Shown here: positions 7,400 to 16,731 of the stretch, one piece after another
Numbering within the stretch: position 1 is the stretch's first letter
How the letters are laid out: each line of letters starts with the position of its first letter
From: an uncultured Planctomycetaceae bacterium
GTDB lineage: Bacteria; Planctomycetota; Planctomycetia; Planctomycetales; Planctomycetaceae
Assembly (NCBI GenBank): GCA_963815195.1
Contig: CAWFGE010000012.1
Span: 32,001 to 96,000, forward strand
Reading direction: 5' to 3'
DNA: 64,000 nucleotides
Position numbers and translations under genes: made by a program
Notes under the pieces: model-generated
The model's database searches: none
Told to the model about the DNA's origin: nothing
Seen by the model: the letters and a program-made list of their open reading frames with translations, nothing else

Positions 7400-10180
7400 A
7401 TGAACACAGCACGCTCTTTCCGCCTTTGGCTCGTTCTGATCGGCATGCTCGCGTTTGCCGGCGCGGGAACAAAAATGGTGGCCGCTCCGCCGGCGGGGGA
7501 TGTCGTCGAGCTGGACGATTCCACGCGGGAGAAATGTCTGAGCGTGTTGCGAAACGGGATGCGGTCGGCGGAGTTTTGGCCGTCGATCCACGCGGCCGAG
7601 GGGTTGACCTCGGGTGGGCAAGGCGATGAGGTGATCGAGTTTATCCAGCCGATGCTCAAGGGACCTTATGACGATCAACAGCGGTGCGGGTTGGCCCGCG
7701 AACTCGTACGGGCAGGCGACCTGAATGCAGCGGGAATTATGCTCAAAATTCTCGCCGGCCAAGAGAGCTTCGGCCACGTCCACGCGGCGGAGAGTTTGTA
7801 CAAAGTCGGAGAACTCGGCGACGGCAAGGCTCTGCGGAAAGCCTTCGAGCAAAGTGAAAATCCCCGGCTCAAGCTGATGGCCGCCGCCGCTTTGGGCAAG
7901 GCGGGAAACACCAAAGCGCTCAAGCACGCCCGGCAGATGATGTTCGACAAAGACCCCGAGCTCGCCCGCACCGCCGCGTGGATCGTGGCCCGCATCGGCA
8001 AACCCGACGACATCAAAGACCTGAAGCGCGGCCTCGCGAACATGACCGACGAGTTCAGCCGGTCTTACTTCGAACATGCTTTGGCGACCTTAGGTGATGA
8101 CGCGGGACGCAAAGCCTTGGCGAAGAACCTAGGGTCCCAAGATCCCGCCGTGCGGACGTATTCCGCGACGTTTGCGGGCGATGCGCGGGCGGTTTCCGTC
8201 GCTCCGCGGCTCAAGGAACTCCTCGATGATGAAAACCTCGACGTGCGAGTCCGCGCGGCTCAATCGCTGCTCGTGCTTTCAAAACCCGCCGCGGATGCCA
8301 AGAGCCTCGCCGTTTTGCCGGATGCGCAGGATGCGGTCTATCAATCCCTCGCCCAGCAAGCCCAACAGGCTCTCGAAAAACGCCGGCAGGAATACGAGAA
8401 ACTCGACACGCTCGAAAAATGCCAGGCCTGGCAGAAAGCCCGGCGGGAGTTTTTCATCGAGCAGTTGGGCGGACTGCCCGAACGCACGCCGCTCGAGGCG
8501 CAGGTCACGGGCGAACTCGATGGCGGAGATTACCGCGTGGAAAAGGTGATCTATCAAAGCCGGCCGCATCATCACGTGACGGCCACGGTCTATCTGCCCA
8601 ACACCAAGCCGCCTTATCCCGCGGTGCTCATTGCCTGCGGGCACACCAAGTCCGGCAAGGCGGCCGACTACAACCAGAAGATCGGTATCCTCCTCGCCAA
8701 GAACGGCATGGCGGCGATGTGCTACGATCCCATCGGCCAGGGCGAGCGGTCGCAAATCCTCACCGCGGACGGAAAGCCTGAGCACAGCGGCTCGACAACC
8801 GAGCATTTTCTCACGGGCGTCGGCGCAATCCTCACCGGAACCAACACCGCCGGTTACCGCGTCTGGGACGGCATCCGCGGGATCGATTATCTCTCAGGGC
8901 GAGCCGACATCGATCCCAAAAAAATCGGCTGCACCGGCTGTTCCGGCGGCGGCACGCTCACGAGTTACATCATGGCCCTCGACGACCGCGTGGGCTGCGC
9001 GGCCCCGGCTTGTTATTTGACCACGTTCGGCAAACTGATCGAGACCATCGGCCCGCAGGACGCCGAGCAAAACATCCACGCCCAAATCGCCTTCGGCATG
9101 GATCAGACCGATTACGTCCTCATGCGGGCTCCCAAGCCGACCTTGATCTGCTCGACGACCAGCGACTTCTTCAACATCGAAGGCACCTGGGACACGTTTC
9201 GCCAGGCGAAAAGGTTTTACGCCCAGTTCGGCCAGCCGGAGCAAGTCAACCTCGTCGAAAGCGCAGGCAAGCACGGCGTTACCCAAACGGGACGCGAAGC
9301 CATCGTCCGCTGGATGCAGCGCTGGCTCCTGAATGTCCATCGAGACGTGACCGACCCGGGCAGCAAAGTCTGGTCCGCGAAAGATCTCGAGTGTACGCCC
9401 CAAGGCCAGGTGCTATTGCTGGATGGAGAGTTGTCCGTGTTCGATTTGAACACGAAGCGAGCCCAGGCGTTTCAGAAGAACCGCGCGGCTTTTGCGAAGC
9501 TCAAACCCGAAGCCGCGCGAGAAACCGTCCGCCAGGTCGCGGGCATTCGCCGATTGCAGGAATTGCCCGCCGGCCGACTTCGTGCGTTGGGTTCGGTGAC
9601 GCGGGACGGTTATCAAATCCGCAAACTGGCGATGGAAGTCGAAGGCGATATATCGGTTCCCATTCTGCGAATTTCCCCCAACCAGCCCAGCGGCGAACGC
9701 GTGCTGTTCTTGTCAGGCGACGGCAAACAAACGGCCATAGAAAACGCCCAAGTCCAAGCCCTGCTCCAAGAGGGGCAGGAAGTGTGGGCCTTGGATCTCA
9801 GAGGCATCGGCGAACTGCGAAACCGCTCCAGCAGCAAGCAACTGGGTGACTGGAAAACGTTCTTCCTGGCGTATCTGCTCGATCAATCCCTCGTCGGCCG
9901 CCGGGCTGAAGATGTCGTGAAATGCGCCCGCTGGATCAATGCCGACGCGGGTCAATCCTCGAAGCCCGTGCGTTTGATCGCGACGGGCGAAGCCTGCATC
10001 GCGGCTCTCCATGCGAAAGCCCTGGAGCCGGGATTGTTCGGGCCGCTGGCGCTCGAGAACGGCATCGAATCCTGGGCCAAGGTCTGCGAAGACCCCAATC
10101 CCGACGGCCAACTGCCCAACACGATCCACGGCGTGTTGATGCACTACGACCTATCCGACCTCAAACGTCTCGCGAAGTAA
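7400..10180 (+). CDS. Secreted HEAT-repeat / alpha-beta hydrolase (acetyl xylan esterase-like) fusion
   Basis: Signal peptide; HEAT/PBS-like repeats (LLDDENLDVRVRAAQSL); nucleophile elbow GCSGGG; YDPIGQGER; second degenerate hydrolase domain (LDLRGIGE). Confidence 0.8.
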   Translation: MNTARSFRLWLVLIGMLAFAGAGTKMVAAPPAGDVVELDDSTREKCLSVLRNGMRSAEFWPSIHAAEGLTSGGQGDEVIEFIQPMLKGPYDDQQRCGLARELVRAGDLNAAGIMLKILAGQESFGHVHAAESLYKVGELGDGKALRKAFEQSENPRLKLMAAAALGKAGNTKALKHARQMMFDKDPELARTAAWIVARIGKPDDIKDLKRGLANMTDEFSRSYFEHALATLGDDAGRKALAKNLGSQDPAVRTYSATFAGDARAVSVAPRLKELLDDENLDVRVRAAQSLLVLSKPAADAKSLAVLPDAQDAVYQSLAQQAQQALEKRRQEYEKLDTLEKCQAWQKARREFFIEQLGGLPERTPLEAQVTGELDGGDYRVEKVIYQSRPHHHVTATVYLPNTKPPYPAVLIACGHTKSGKAADYNQKIGILLAKNGMAAMCYDPIGQGERSQILTADGKPEHSGSTTEHFLTGVGAILTGTNTAGYRVWDGIRGIDYLSGRADIDPKKIGCTGCSGGGTLTSYIMALDDRVGCAAPACYLTTFGKLIETIGPQDAEQNIHAQIAFGMDQTDYVLMRAPKPTLICSTTSDFFNIEGTWDTFRQAKRFYAQFGQPEQVNLVESAGKHGVTQTGREAIVRWMQRWLLNVHRDVTDPGSKVWSAKDLECTPQGQVLLLDGELSVFDLNTKRAQAFQKNRAAFAKLKPEAARETVRQVAGIRRLQELPAGRLRALGSVTRDGYQIRKLAMEVEGDISVPILRISPNQPSGERVLFLSGDGKQTAIENAQVQALLQEGQEVWALDLRGIGELRNRSSSKQLGDWKTFFLAYLLDQSLVGRRAEDVVKCARWINADAGQSSKPVRLIATGEACIAALHAKALEPGLFGPLALENGIESWAKVCEDPNPDGQLPNTIHGVLMHYDLSDLKRLAK

Positions 10181-10199
10181 TTCGTTCTGCGTCTTGCCC

Positions 10200-12662
10200 T
10201 CACGGAGCCAGCGGAGCCTTTTTGGGCAGCGTGACGCGGTGGGCGGTTTGCTGCTCCGCGTTGCCGGCGTCGTCGATCGCGGCGGCGGTGAGCTTTCGGT
10301 CCGTGGGCGTTTTCAGCGTGATTTTCCAATCGACGACCCCGGCACCGGAGGAAACCACTTCGGCCGGTTCGCCGTTGACGGTGATCTTCGTGATCGTGCC
10401 GTTGTCGTGCGAGACGCCTTCGAGCTCCACCGTTCCGTCCCGCTCGCGGACCGAGGTAATGGTTGTGGCGGGGGGCAGATCGTCCACGGGATCGAGCACT
10501 TCCGGCCAATCGATGTTACTGACTTCCGCCACGCGGGATTCGTTGGCGGTCAACGGAGGCATGGCTTTGTAGTCACCGCCGTCTTCCATCAAATCCTTGG
10601 CGGCGGTGCTGACGACCTTCGCATGCCGGCCGGGGCCGAAGTAATCGTGGAGATAAATCGGCACGCCCTTGGTGATCGGAGCCACCCGCGGACCGACGCC
10701 GCGATTGATGAGCGGCCAGCGGTCTTTGTGCTGTTCGGGGCGGTTCACTTTGACGTTGCGGAAATGCGTGGCCGCATCGCCCGAGAGGTTCACATCGCTG
10801 ATCTGCACCAAAGGCGTGCTTTTGTTGCCGTAGCCTGTGTCGAAGGTCAGCCCATCGACCGTGATCGTGCCGAGCTGGGCGCTGGCATCGTCCATGCCGC
10901 GGTTGAACGGCTCGGCTCCCACGTCGGAGATGTGCAGGTTGCGGTAGGCGTGGTTCTCGAACGCCGGGCGATAGATTCCGTAAGCCGCGGTTTGAATGCG
11001 GACGTTGTCCATCAGCATGTTGGGGCTGTGCGGGCGGAAGGCGTAATGCGATTTCCAGATCGTCAAGTTGCGGATCACGTGCGGATGCCTCTTGTCGGGG
11101 CCGGTCCAATCGACGCGCTTGATGTAGTCGAGCATCTTCTGATCGTGAATCGGATTGTCCGGCTGGCTGTTGCCGTTGGCGGCGACGACCATTCCATAAA
11201 AGCCTTCGGTGTGGGCTTCGTTGTCCTCGAATCGCCAGATGGGAATCGTCCGCACATCGACGAGTTCTTCCTTGCCTTCGGGCGTGAGGATCGGCAGTTG
11301 AGCGTCGAAGGAGCGATTGCTTTGCATATCGTAGCGGTAGCCGTATTCGTCGTTTTCGCAGGACACGTTTCGCACCAGGGTATTGCGGCCGTTGGCCCAC
11401 CAGAACGCGGCTCCTTCGTTGGGGTCGAAAGGCAGCACCTGTTTGGGCAGCCGTCGTCCGCGGTACGCCTGCACGCCGAGGTTGTGATCGAGCAGGTTGT
11501 AGACTTCGGTCCCGTCTTCGAGAAAATAGCCGTGGCCGACGCTTTGATAGCCGATGCAATCCCGCACCACGAGATATTGGGTGCCGTGGATCGTGATCCA
11601 GCGGTTGTGGGAGTCGACGATCGCCGCCCCGCGGACCTGGCTGCCTCGCATCGTATCGCCCACGAGATGGAAGTGGATCGAATACCGCCCCAAAACGCCT
11701 TCCTTGCCCAGATGGGCGAAGCGGGCGAAGCTGATCCCGCCGCGGCTGAAGCGATGATACACCGTATGCCCGCGAATGCCTTCCGGGTCGGCACTTTCGA
11801 TGACGACGTTCCGGGACAGGTTCGCGACTTCCGTGCGAAAGTCCCCGGAGCCGGCGTGCTCGTATTTGAGCGGCTCATCGAGAACAAGTTCGTCACCATT
11901 GATCTCGTTGATACGCCGGCGCTCGGTGGTGACATCTTCAGGATGATTCCGATAGCTGCCGCCGGCGTCTTTGCGGACGGAACCGGTGATGATGATTTCA
12001 TCGCCGATACGCCAACCCGTAACAGGTTCTGAAACCTTCACGGTCTTGGAGCCCGCGGGGGCGTCGGCGGCGAGTTTGACCCAGGTGGGGTTCAGCGGCG
12101 CGCCGTGGATTTCCATCCGCGCGGAGCAGCAGGCGATCGCCGGGGCATCGTTTTTGTCCAAGCCTTCGAGATAATGCAGCCGGATTTTCGCGGTGTGCTC
12201 GGCGGGGATCGGAGCCTCCGGCGTGCCGATTTCCAACAGCGGAATTTCGCCTTCGGGGGCGGCGCTGGGTTCGCCGGCTTTGTTGACCGAATGGAAATCG
12301 CACGCGAAACCGCTCTCGCTGCAGTGCAGGCTGTTTTGGACTTTGAGCAAAGCCACGTTGAGTTCCGTGTCCTTCTGGCGGGAAAACCTGAGCGTTCCCG
12401 CGACCTGCACCAGGCGAATCACTGCGGGGCTCTTCACATCATAGAGCACTTGAGAACCCCGGCTGATCAGCACGCGGTCGCCCGTTTTGGGCACACGGTG
12501 CGGTTCCCAGGTTTTGGGATCGGACCAGGGGCCGTTCTGCACCGCATGCACATCAAAATCCAAATGGTCCTTGCCGTCGGCATGCTCTCCCGGCTCGTGA
12601 GCGAATAAAGTCGCCGTCGTGGACACCGCCACCAACACAACAGACAGGAAACGACCGATCAT
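10200..12662 (-). CDS. Secreted G8-domain protein with parallel beta-helix region and C-terminal Ig-like domain
   Basis: Signal peptide; GPWSDPKTW...VPKTGDRVLI at the G8 start; GRYSIHFHLVGD, HNRWITIHGT and GHGYFLEDGTE as in G8/PbH1 proteins; C-terminal DDAGN. Confidence 0.8.
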   Translation of the reverse strand: MIGRFLSVVLVAVSTTATLFAHEPGEHADGKDHLDFDVHAVQNGPWSDPKTWEPHRVPKTGDRVLISRGSQVLYDVKSPAVIRLVQVAGTLRFSRQKDTELNVALLKVQNSLHCSESGFACDFHSVNKAGEPSAAPEGEIPLLEIGTPEAPIPAEHTAKIRLHYLEGLDKNDAPAIACCSARMEIHGAPLNPTWVKLAADAPAGSKTVKVSEPVTGWRIGDEIIITGSVRKDAGGSYRNHPEDVTTERRRINEINGDELVLDEPLKYEHAGSGDFRTEVANLSRNVVIESADPEGIRGHTVYHRFSRGGISFARFAHLGKEGVLGRYSIHFHLVGDTMRGSQVRGAAIVDSHNRWITIHGTQYLVVRDCIGYQSVGHGYFLEDGTEVYNLLDHNLGVQAYRGRRLPKQVLPFDPNEGAAFWWANGRNTLVRNVSCENDEYGYRYDMQSNRSFDAQLPILTPEGKEELVDVRTIPIWRFEDNEAHTEGFYGMVVAANGNSQPDNPIHDQKMLDYIKRVDWTGPDKRHPHVIRNLTIWKSHYAFRPHSPNMLMDNVRIQTAAYGIYRPAFENHAYRNLHISDVGAEPFNRGMDDASAQLGTITVDGLTFDTGYGNKSTPLVQISDVNLSGDAATHFRNVKVNRPEQHKDRWPLINRGVGPRVAPITKGVPIYLHDYFGPGRHAKVVSTAAKDLMEDGGDYKAMPPLTANESRVAEVSNIDWPEVLDPVDDLPPATTITSVRERDGTVELEGVSHDNGTITKITVNGEPAEVVSSGAGVVDWKITLKTPTDRKLTAAAIDDAGNAEQQTAHRVTLPKKAPLAP

Positions 12663-12853
12663 GTCTCTCTCCAATTGAGTTTCAAAGCATCAATTCATGC
12701 TGATCTGATTGAGATTGTAACTTTCCCCCATGTGCCCCGCAATCGGCATGGGATCTGCTTGACTGTTCTTTTGTGTCAGAACTGTTTCCCGGATATTGGG
12801 ATTGGCTGTCAGCCATTCGATCCGTTTCTATAGATTCCCAAGAGCGACCCCCA

Positions 12854-14197
12854 ATGATTGATTTTCCCGTGAACCAAAGAGCGCAACCCCGCAGCCAGCA
12901 TTCGCGAACCGGGAATCCCATTCGCGTGGGGGCTTTGGTGGATTTGCGGCTCAAGCCCACGGCGGGTGGGCATGTCAAATGCTGGCAGCATTTTGCCGAG
13001 GCCGCGACCGGTTTTCCGAACGACGTGGATCTGACGGTCCATTTCGAAGGCGAAGAAGACGAGGTCCGCGAGCTTTCGGACAACGTTCGCTATGAGCTTT
13101 TGCCGCCCGCCCTCAGCACCGAGAAGCTGCCGTTCCCCATCAAGCAGCAGGACCACACGGACTTGGCTCCCGTGCATCTTCGCTTGATGAAAGAACTCGA
13201 GCATTACGATGTGATCCACGCCACCGGCGCGTGGTTTGCCTACGCGCGGACGGCGATGCGGTTTCATCAGAAATCCGGCGTCCCCCTGGTGCTTTCCACC
13301 CACACCGACGTCCCGCGATGCGCCGAGGTGGTGGCGCGGAATACGATCCGCGGCTGGTTTGGTCAAAGCTTCGCCGGCCGGTGGCTGATCGACCGCTGGC
13401 ATTTTCCCCGCTGGATCGAGCGGCACCTCGAAGGCCGGCTCGACCGGTTTTTGGAGGACTGCGACTTTCTATTGGCCTCGAGCGAGGACGATTATAAACG
13501 CGGGCTGCAATGCCTTCCGGAAGATCGGGTGCGGCGATTGAGGCGGGGCATCGACAAAGATTTCTTTCATCCCCGGTACCGCAACCGGGCCGCCGTGGCC
13601 GCGGCGTTCCATTTGCCCGAAGACCGGCCGTGGCTGTTGTTTGTGGGCCGGTTGGAAGCCAACAAACGCCCCCTGGTGCTTGCCAAAGCAGCCCGCGCGC
13701 TCATCGAACAGGGGATCCCGGTTCAGGCGATCTTCGTGGGCAGCGGTCCGGAGCAATCCAGGTTGGCGAAGGTGCTCGGGCCCGCAGGGAGTTTTCCGGG
13801 ATCGCTGCCCCAGACCAAACTCCAAGGGCTTTACGCCTCCTCCGATCTGTTCGTGTTTCCCTCCACGTCGGAAGTCATGCCGAACGTGGTCATCGAAGCC
13901 AAAACCTCGGGCCTCCCGGTGATTCTCTCGTCCCGCGGCGGGTCCGGGCAGTTGGTCCAAAAGAATTGGGAAGACGGCCTGACGCTCAAGAGCAATCAGC
14001 CCCGCAAATGGGCGGCCGCAATCCGCTGGCTGTTGGAGGATGAAAACGCGCGGCTCGAAATGGGACAGGCCGCGCGCCGGCACATGGAAACAGCCTGGCC
14101 TTCCTGGAAAGATGTCTTATGCGAAGACCTCTTGCCGGTCTGGAGACAAGCGGCCCTTGAAGCGAGACCGGCTTCCCCGGCCGTGTCGCATCCGTGA
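12854..14197 (+). CDS. GT4 family glycosyltransferase
   Basis: FVGRLEANK, YASSDLFVFPSTSEVMPNVVIEAKTSGLPVI (ExxxxxxxE motif); start codon uncertain. Confidence 0.88.
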   Translation: MIDFPVNQRAQPRSQHSRTGNPIRVGALVDLRLKPTAGGHVKCWQHFAEAATGFPNDVDLTVHFEGEEDEVRELSDNVRYELLPPALSTEKLPFPIKQQDHTDLAPVHLRLMKELEHYDVIHATGAWFAYARTAMRFHQKSGVPLVLSTHTDVPRCAEVVARNTIRGWFGQSFAGRWLIDRWHFPRWIERHLEGRLDRFLEDCDFLLASSEDDYKRGLQCLPEDRVRRLRRGIDKDFFHPRYRNRAAVAAAFHLPEDRPWLLFVGRLEANKRPLVLAKAARALIEQGIPVQAIFVGSGPEQSRLAKVLGPAGSFPGSLPQTKLQGLYASSDLFVFPSTSEVMPNVVIEAKTSGLPVILSSRGGSGQLVQKNWEDGLTLKSNQPRKWAAAIRWLLEDENARLEMGQAARRHMETAWPSWKDVLCEDLLPVWRQAALEARPASPAVSHP

Positions 14198-14208
14198 GCG
14201 GCCGCGGG

Positions 14209-15582
14209 TTATGATTCCTCGTCGACCGCGGAGGACTCGCGGTCCTCGTCCTGGCGGGCTCGGTAATAGACTTTGATCGGCACTTCGCGGAACGGCAGCT
14301 TCTCGCGGAATACGCCCAACAGATACCGCTTCCACGATTCGTCGAACAGCGTCGAATCGTTGCATTTGAGCACGATCGTCGGCGGCTCGGTGGCGACTTG
14401 CGTGGCGAAGAGGATCTTCGGCCGGCGGTTCTTGCGGTAAGGCGGCGGATTGGTCGACACCGCCGCCCGCACGAGCTTGTTCAATTTCGATGTCCCCACG
14501 CGCTCGCGGGCTTGCTTGAAGATCGACTGGGCGAGGTTCACGACCTTTCTGATGTTTCGGCTGTCTTTGGCGGTGACGAAGGCGACCGGCACATGCCTCA
14601 TGGAGCCGAACGAGCGAAACAGATACTCGGTCCACTTCTCCACGGTCATCCCGCCTTCGAGGGCCTTGTCCCACTTGTTGACCACGAAGACGCAGGGCTT
14701 GTAATGCTCCTGGATCTCCTCGACAAGCTGCTTGTCCACGCGGGAGATCGTCTCCTGCGAGTCGAAAAACATGAAGACCACATCGGCCCGGCGAATGCTC
14801 CGCTTGGCGCGGACGAGCCCGTAATACTCGATGTCGTTGGCGAGGCTCTTGCGTTTGCGGACGCCGGGGGTGTCGATGGCAATCAGCGCTTTGCCGTCCA
14901 CCTCGAACCGCACATCCACGGAATCCCGCGTGGTGCCCGCGACTTCGCTGACGATCACCCGCTCCTCTTCGGCGAGGGCGTTGATGAACGTGCTTTTGCC
15001 CGCGTTCCGCCGGCCCACGATCGCCAGCTTGAGTTCGGGCTCGGCTCCCAAGAGTTCCCCGCTGGCCGCCTCGTCTGCCTCGGCGGGCGGGAGCTCTTTC
15101 AAAATCGCCTCGAGGAGTTCCTTGCGGTTGCGGTTGCCTTTGACGCTCGTGACCACGACCGGGGCATCCGTCAGCTTGTGGAACTCGAACCGCTCCGCAT
15201 CGGTCTTGGTCGAATCGCATTTGTTGACGACCAGTAGCTTCCGCGTTTCCAGGGGGCGGAGGCGGTCGGCGACGTCTGTATCCAATGGCGTGACGCCCGC
15301 TTGCCCGTCCACCACGAACAACAAGAGGTCGGCTTCGTCGATGCCCATTTGGATTTGGCGTTCGATGTCTTCCGCGAGGTTGTCCGCATCGACCACGCCC
15401 ATCCCGCCGGTGTCGACGAGTTCGAAGTAGCGGTCTTTTTCCTGGAGCAAATGCACAACGCGGTCGCGGGTGACGCCGGCGGTCGGATCGACGACGGACA
15501 CCTTCTTCCGGGCGAGCCAATTGAGCAGCGAGCTTTTGCCCACGTTGGGTCGGCCCACGATCACGACTTTGGGAACGGCCAT
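14209..15582 (-). CDS. der: Ribosome biogenesis GTPase Der (EngA)
   Basis: Two GTPase domains (GRPNVGKS/DTGG/NKCD and GRRNAGKS/DTPG/NKWD) and a KH-like C-terminus. Confidence 0.97.
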   Translation of the reverse strand: MAVPKVVIVGRPNVGKSSLLNWLARKKVSVVDPTAGVTRDRVVHLLQEKDRYFELVDTGGMGVVDADNLAEDIERQIQMGIDEADLLLFVVDGQAGVTPLDTDVADRLRPLETRKLLVVNKCDSTKTDAERFEFHKLTDAPVVVTSVKGNRNRKELLEAILKELPPAEADEAASGELLGAEPELKLAIVGRRNAGKSTFINALAEEERVIVSEVAGTTRDSVDVRFEVDGKALIAIDTPGVRKRKSLANDIEYYGLVRAKRSIRRADVVFMFFDSQETISRVDKQLVEEIQEHYKPCVFVVNKWDKALEGGMTVEKWTEYLFRSFGSMRHVPVAFVTAKDSRNIRKVVNLAQSIFKQARERVGTSKLNKLVRAAVSTNPPPYRKNRRPKILFATQVATEPPTIVLKCNDSTLFDESWKRYLLGVFREKLPFREVPIKVYYRARQDEDRESSAVDEES

Positions 15583-15605
15583 GTGTTCGATTTTCCTTCG
15601 GGATG

Positions 15606-15670
15606 ACCAGCCGGAACGCGCGAGCGTCCGGTTGGCCGAATAAACTGGGCCTAGCGCCCGGCGGCTGATT
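15606..15670. repeat. REP doublet, family A
   Basis: ACCAGCCGGAACGCGCGAGCGTCCGGTT..AACTGGGCCTAGCGCCCGGCGGCTGATT; similar copies at 18891, 27596 and 51291. Confidence 0.8.
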
Positions 15671-15888
15671 GATGCGACTATTTTCCGCGAGTGATCCTCA
15701 GTCTCTCAATCCTGAGTGTAGCCGGAAGCGCCCGAATGCGGAAAGCGTGCCGACCTGAGCAGGAATCTCCGCGACCGATCGGTGACGCCGGTGGGGGTCG
15801 GTGATACAATCGAGGAGTCGAGAGAGCTTCCTTACCTTTCCTTTTGCCGTCGGATGGCGTGTCTCCCTGCCCGTCCTTGGTCAACCCG

Positions 15889-16645
15889 ATGTTCCAAACG
15901 TGTTGTCCCGAATGTTTTCATCCCATGTTTCTGCCGAATGAGGAGTTCTTTGGGCGGAAGGGGGTTTGTCCGAGTTGCGGTCACCGGTTTGTGCTCACGC
16001 CGGTGTCGTCGCCCGCCGATGCCGGTCAGAAATCGAGCGCTCCGAGCGATTCCCAATCGACGCTGGACGAGGTGTTGGGGAAACCGAAGAAAACGCCGCC
16101 GCCTTCCCCGCCGCGCGTGGCCCGGCCGGTCGCCAAGCCGCCGTCCGCAAGCGATCCGGATGACGAGGTGGTGGATCTCGATGAACTGGACCGCGAGGAC
16201 GACTCGCTGAGCGACCCCACGCCGATCTCGTTGGAGCAGCGCCGCCGGCAGGGATTGCCCAAAGAAGAGTTTCCCCGGAGCCGTCCGCCGGACTACCGGG
16301 GGGACGATGAGACCTGGGACGAGCCGGGCGATCTTTCGGAGGAGATTTCGCTCTCGGATTCCGTGGCGGCCAGATCGCGGCCGGTCGCGGATTCCCCCTC
16401 CACCAACGGCCAACACGGAAACGAAATCTTCGCCCAGGCCGAAGTCCAGCCCCGCCCGCCGGCGCGATGGAAGCGGGCGAATCGTCGTGTGGATTTTGGC
16501 GGCGGTGGTGACGCTGGGGACGGCCGTCTCCACGTATTTCGGCATCCAGGGCTATCATCTGGCCCAGGAGATCAAATCCCGCCTGGATCAATTGGCCCCC
16601 GCGGAGCCCAACGGCCGACGCCATCTTCCGCCCGAGCGGAACTGA
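15889..16645 (+). CDS. Zinc-ribbon protein with low-complexity linker and probable C-terminal TM (apparent +1 frameshift near 16470)
   Basis: CPEC...CPSCG pair; hydrophobic IVVWILAAVVTLGTAVSTYFGI lies in the adjacent frame ending at 16645. Confidence 0.6.
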
Positions 16646-16647
16646 AA

Positions 16648-16721
16648 TGAGCGGCAAGGCGCTAGCCGCCGGTCTTGGTTTTCGGGCGTCTCCAAAACCC
16701 GAGGCTAGCGCCTACGGCTCA
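16648..16721. repeat. REP doublet variant between convergent genes
   Basis: TGAGCGGCAAGGCGCTAGCC..GGCTAGCGCCTACGGCTCA inverted arms sharing the GGCTAGCGCC core. Confidence 0.75.
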
Positions 16722-16731
16722 CGTTTTGAGA

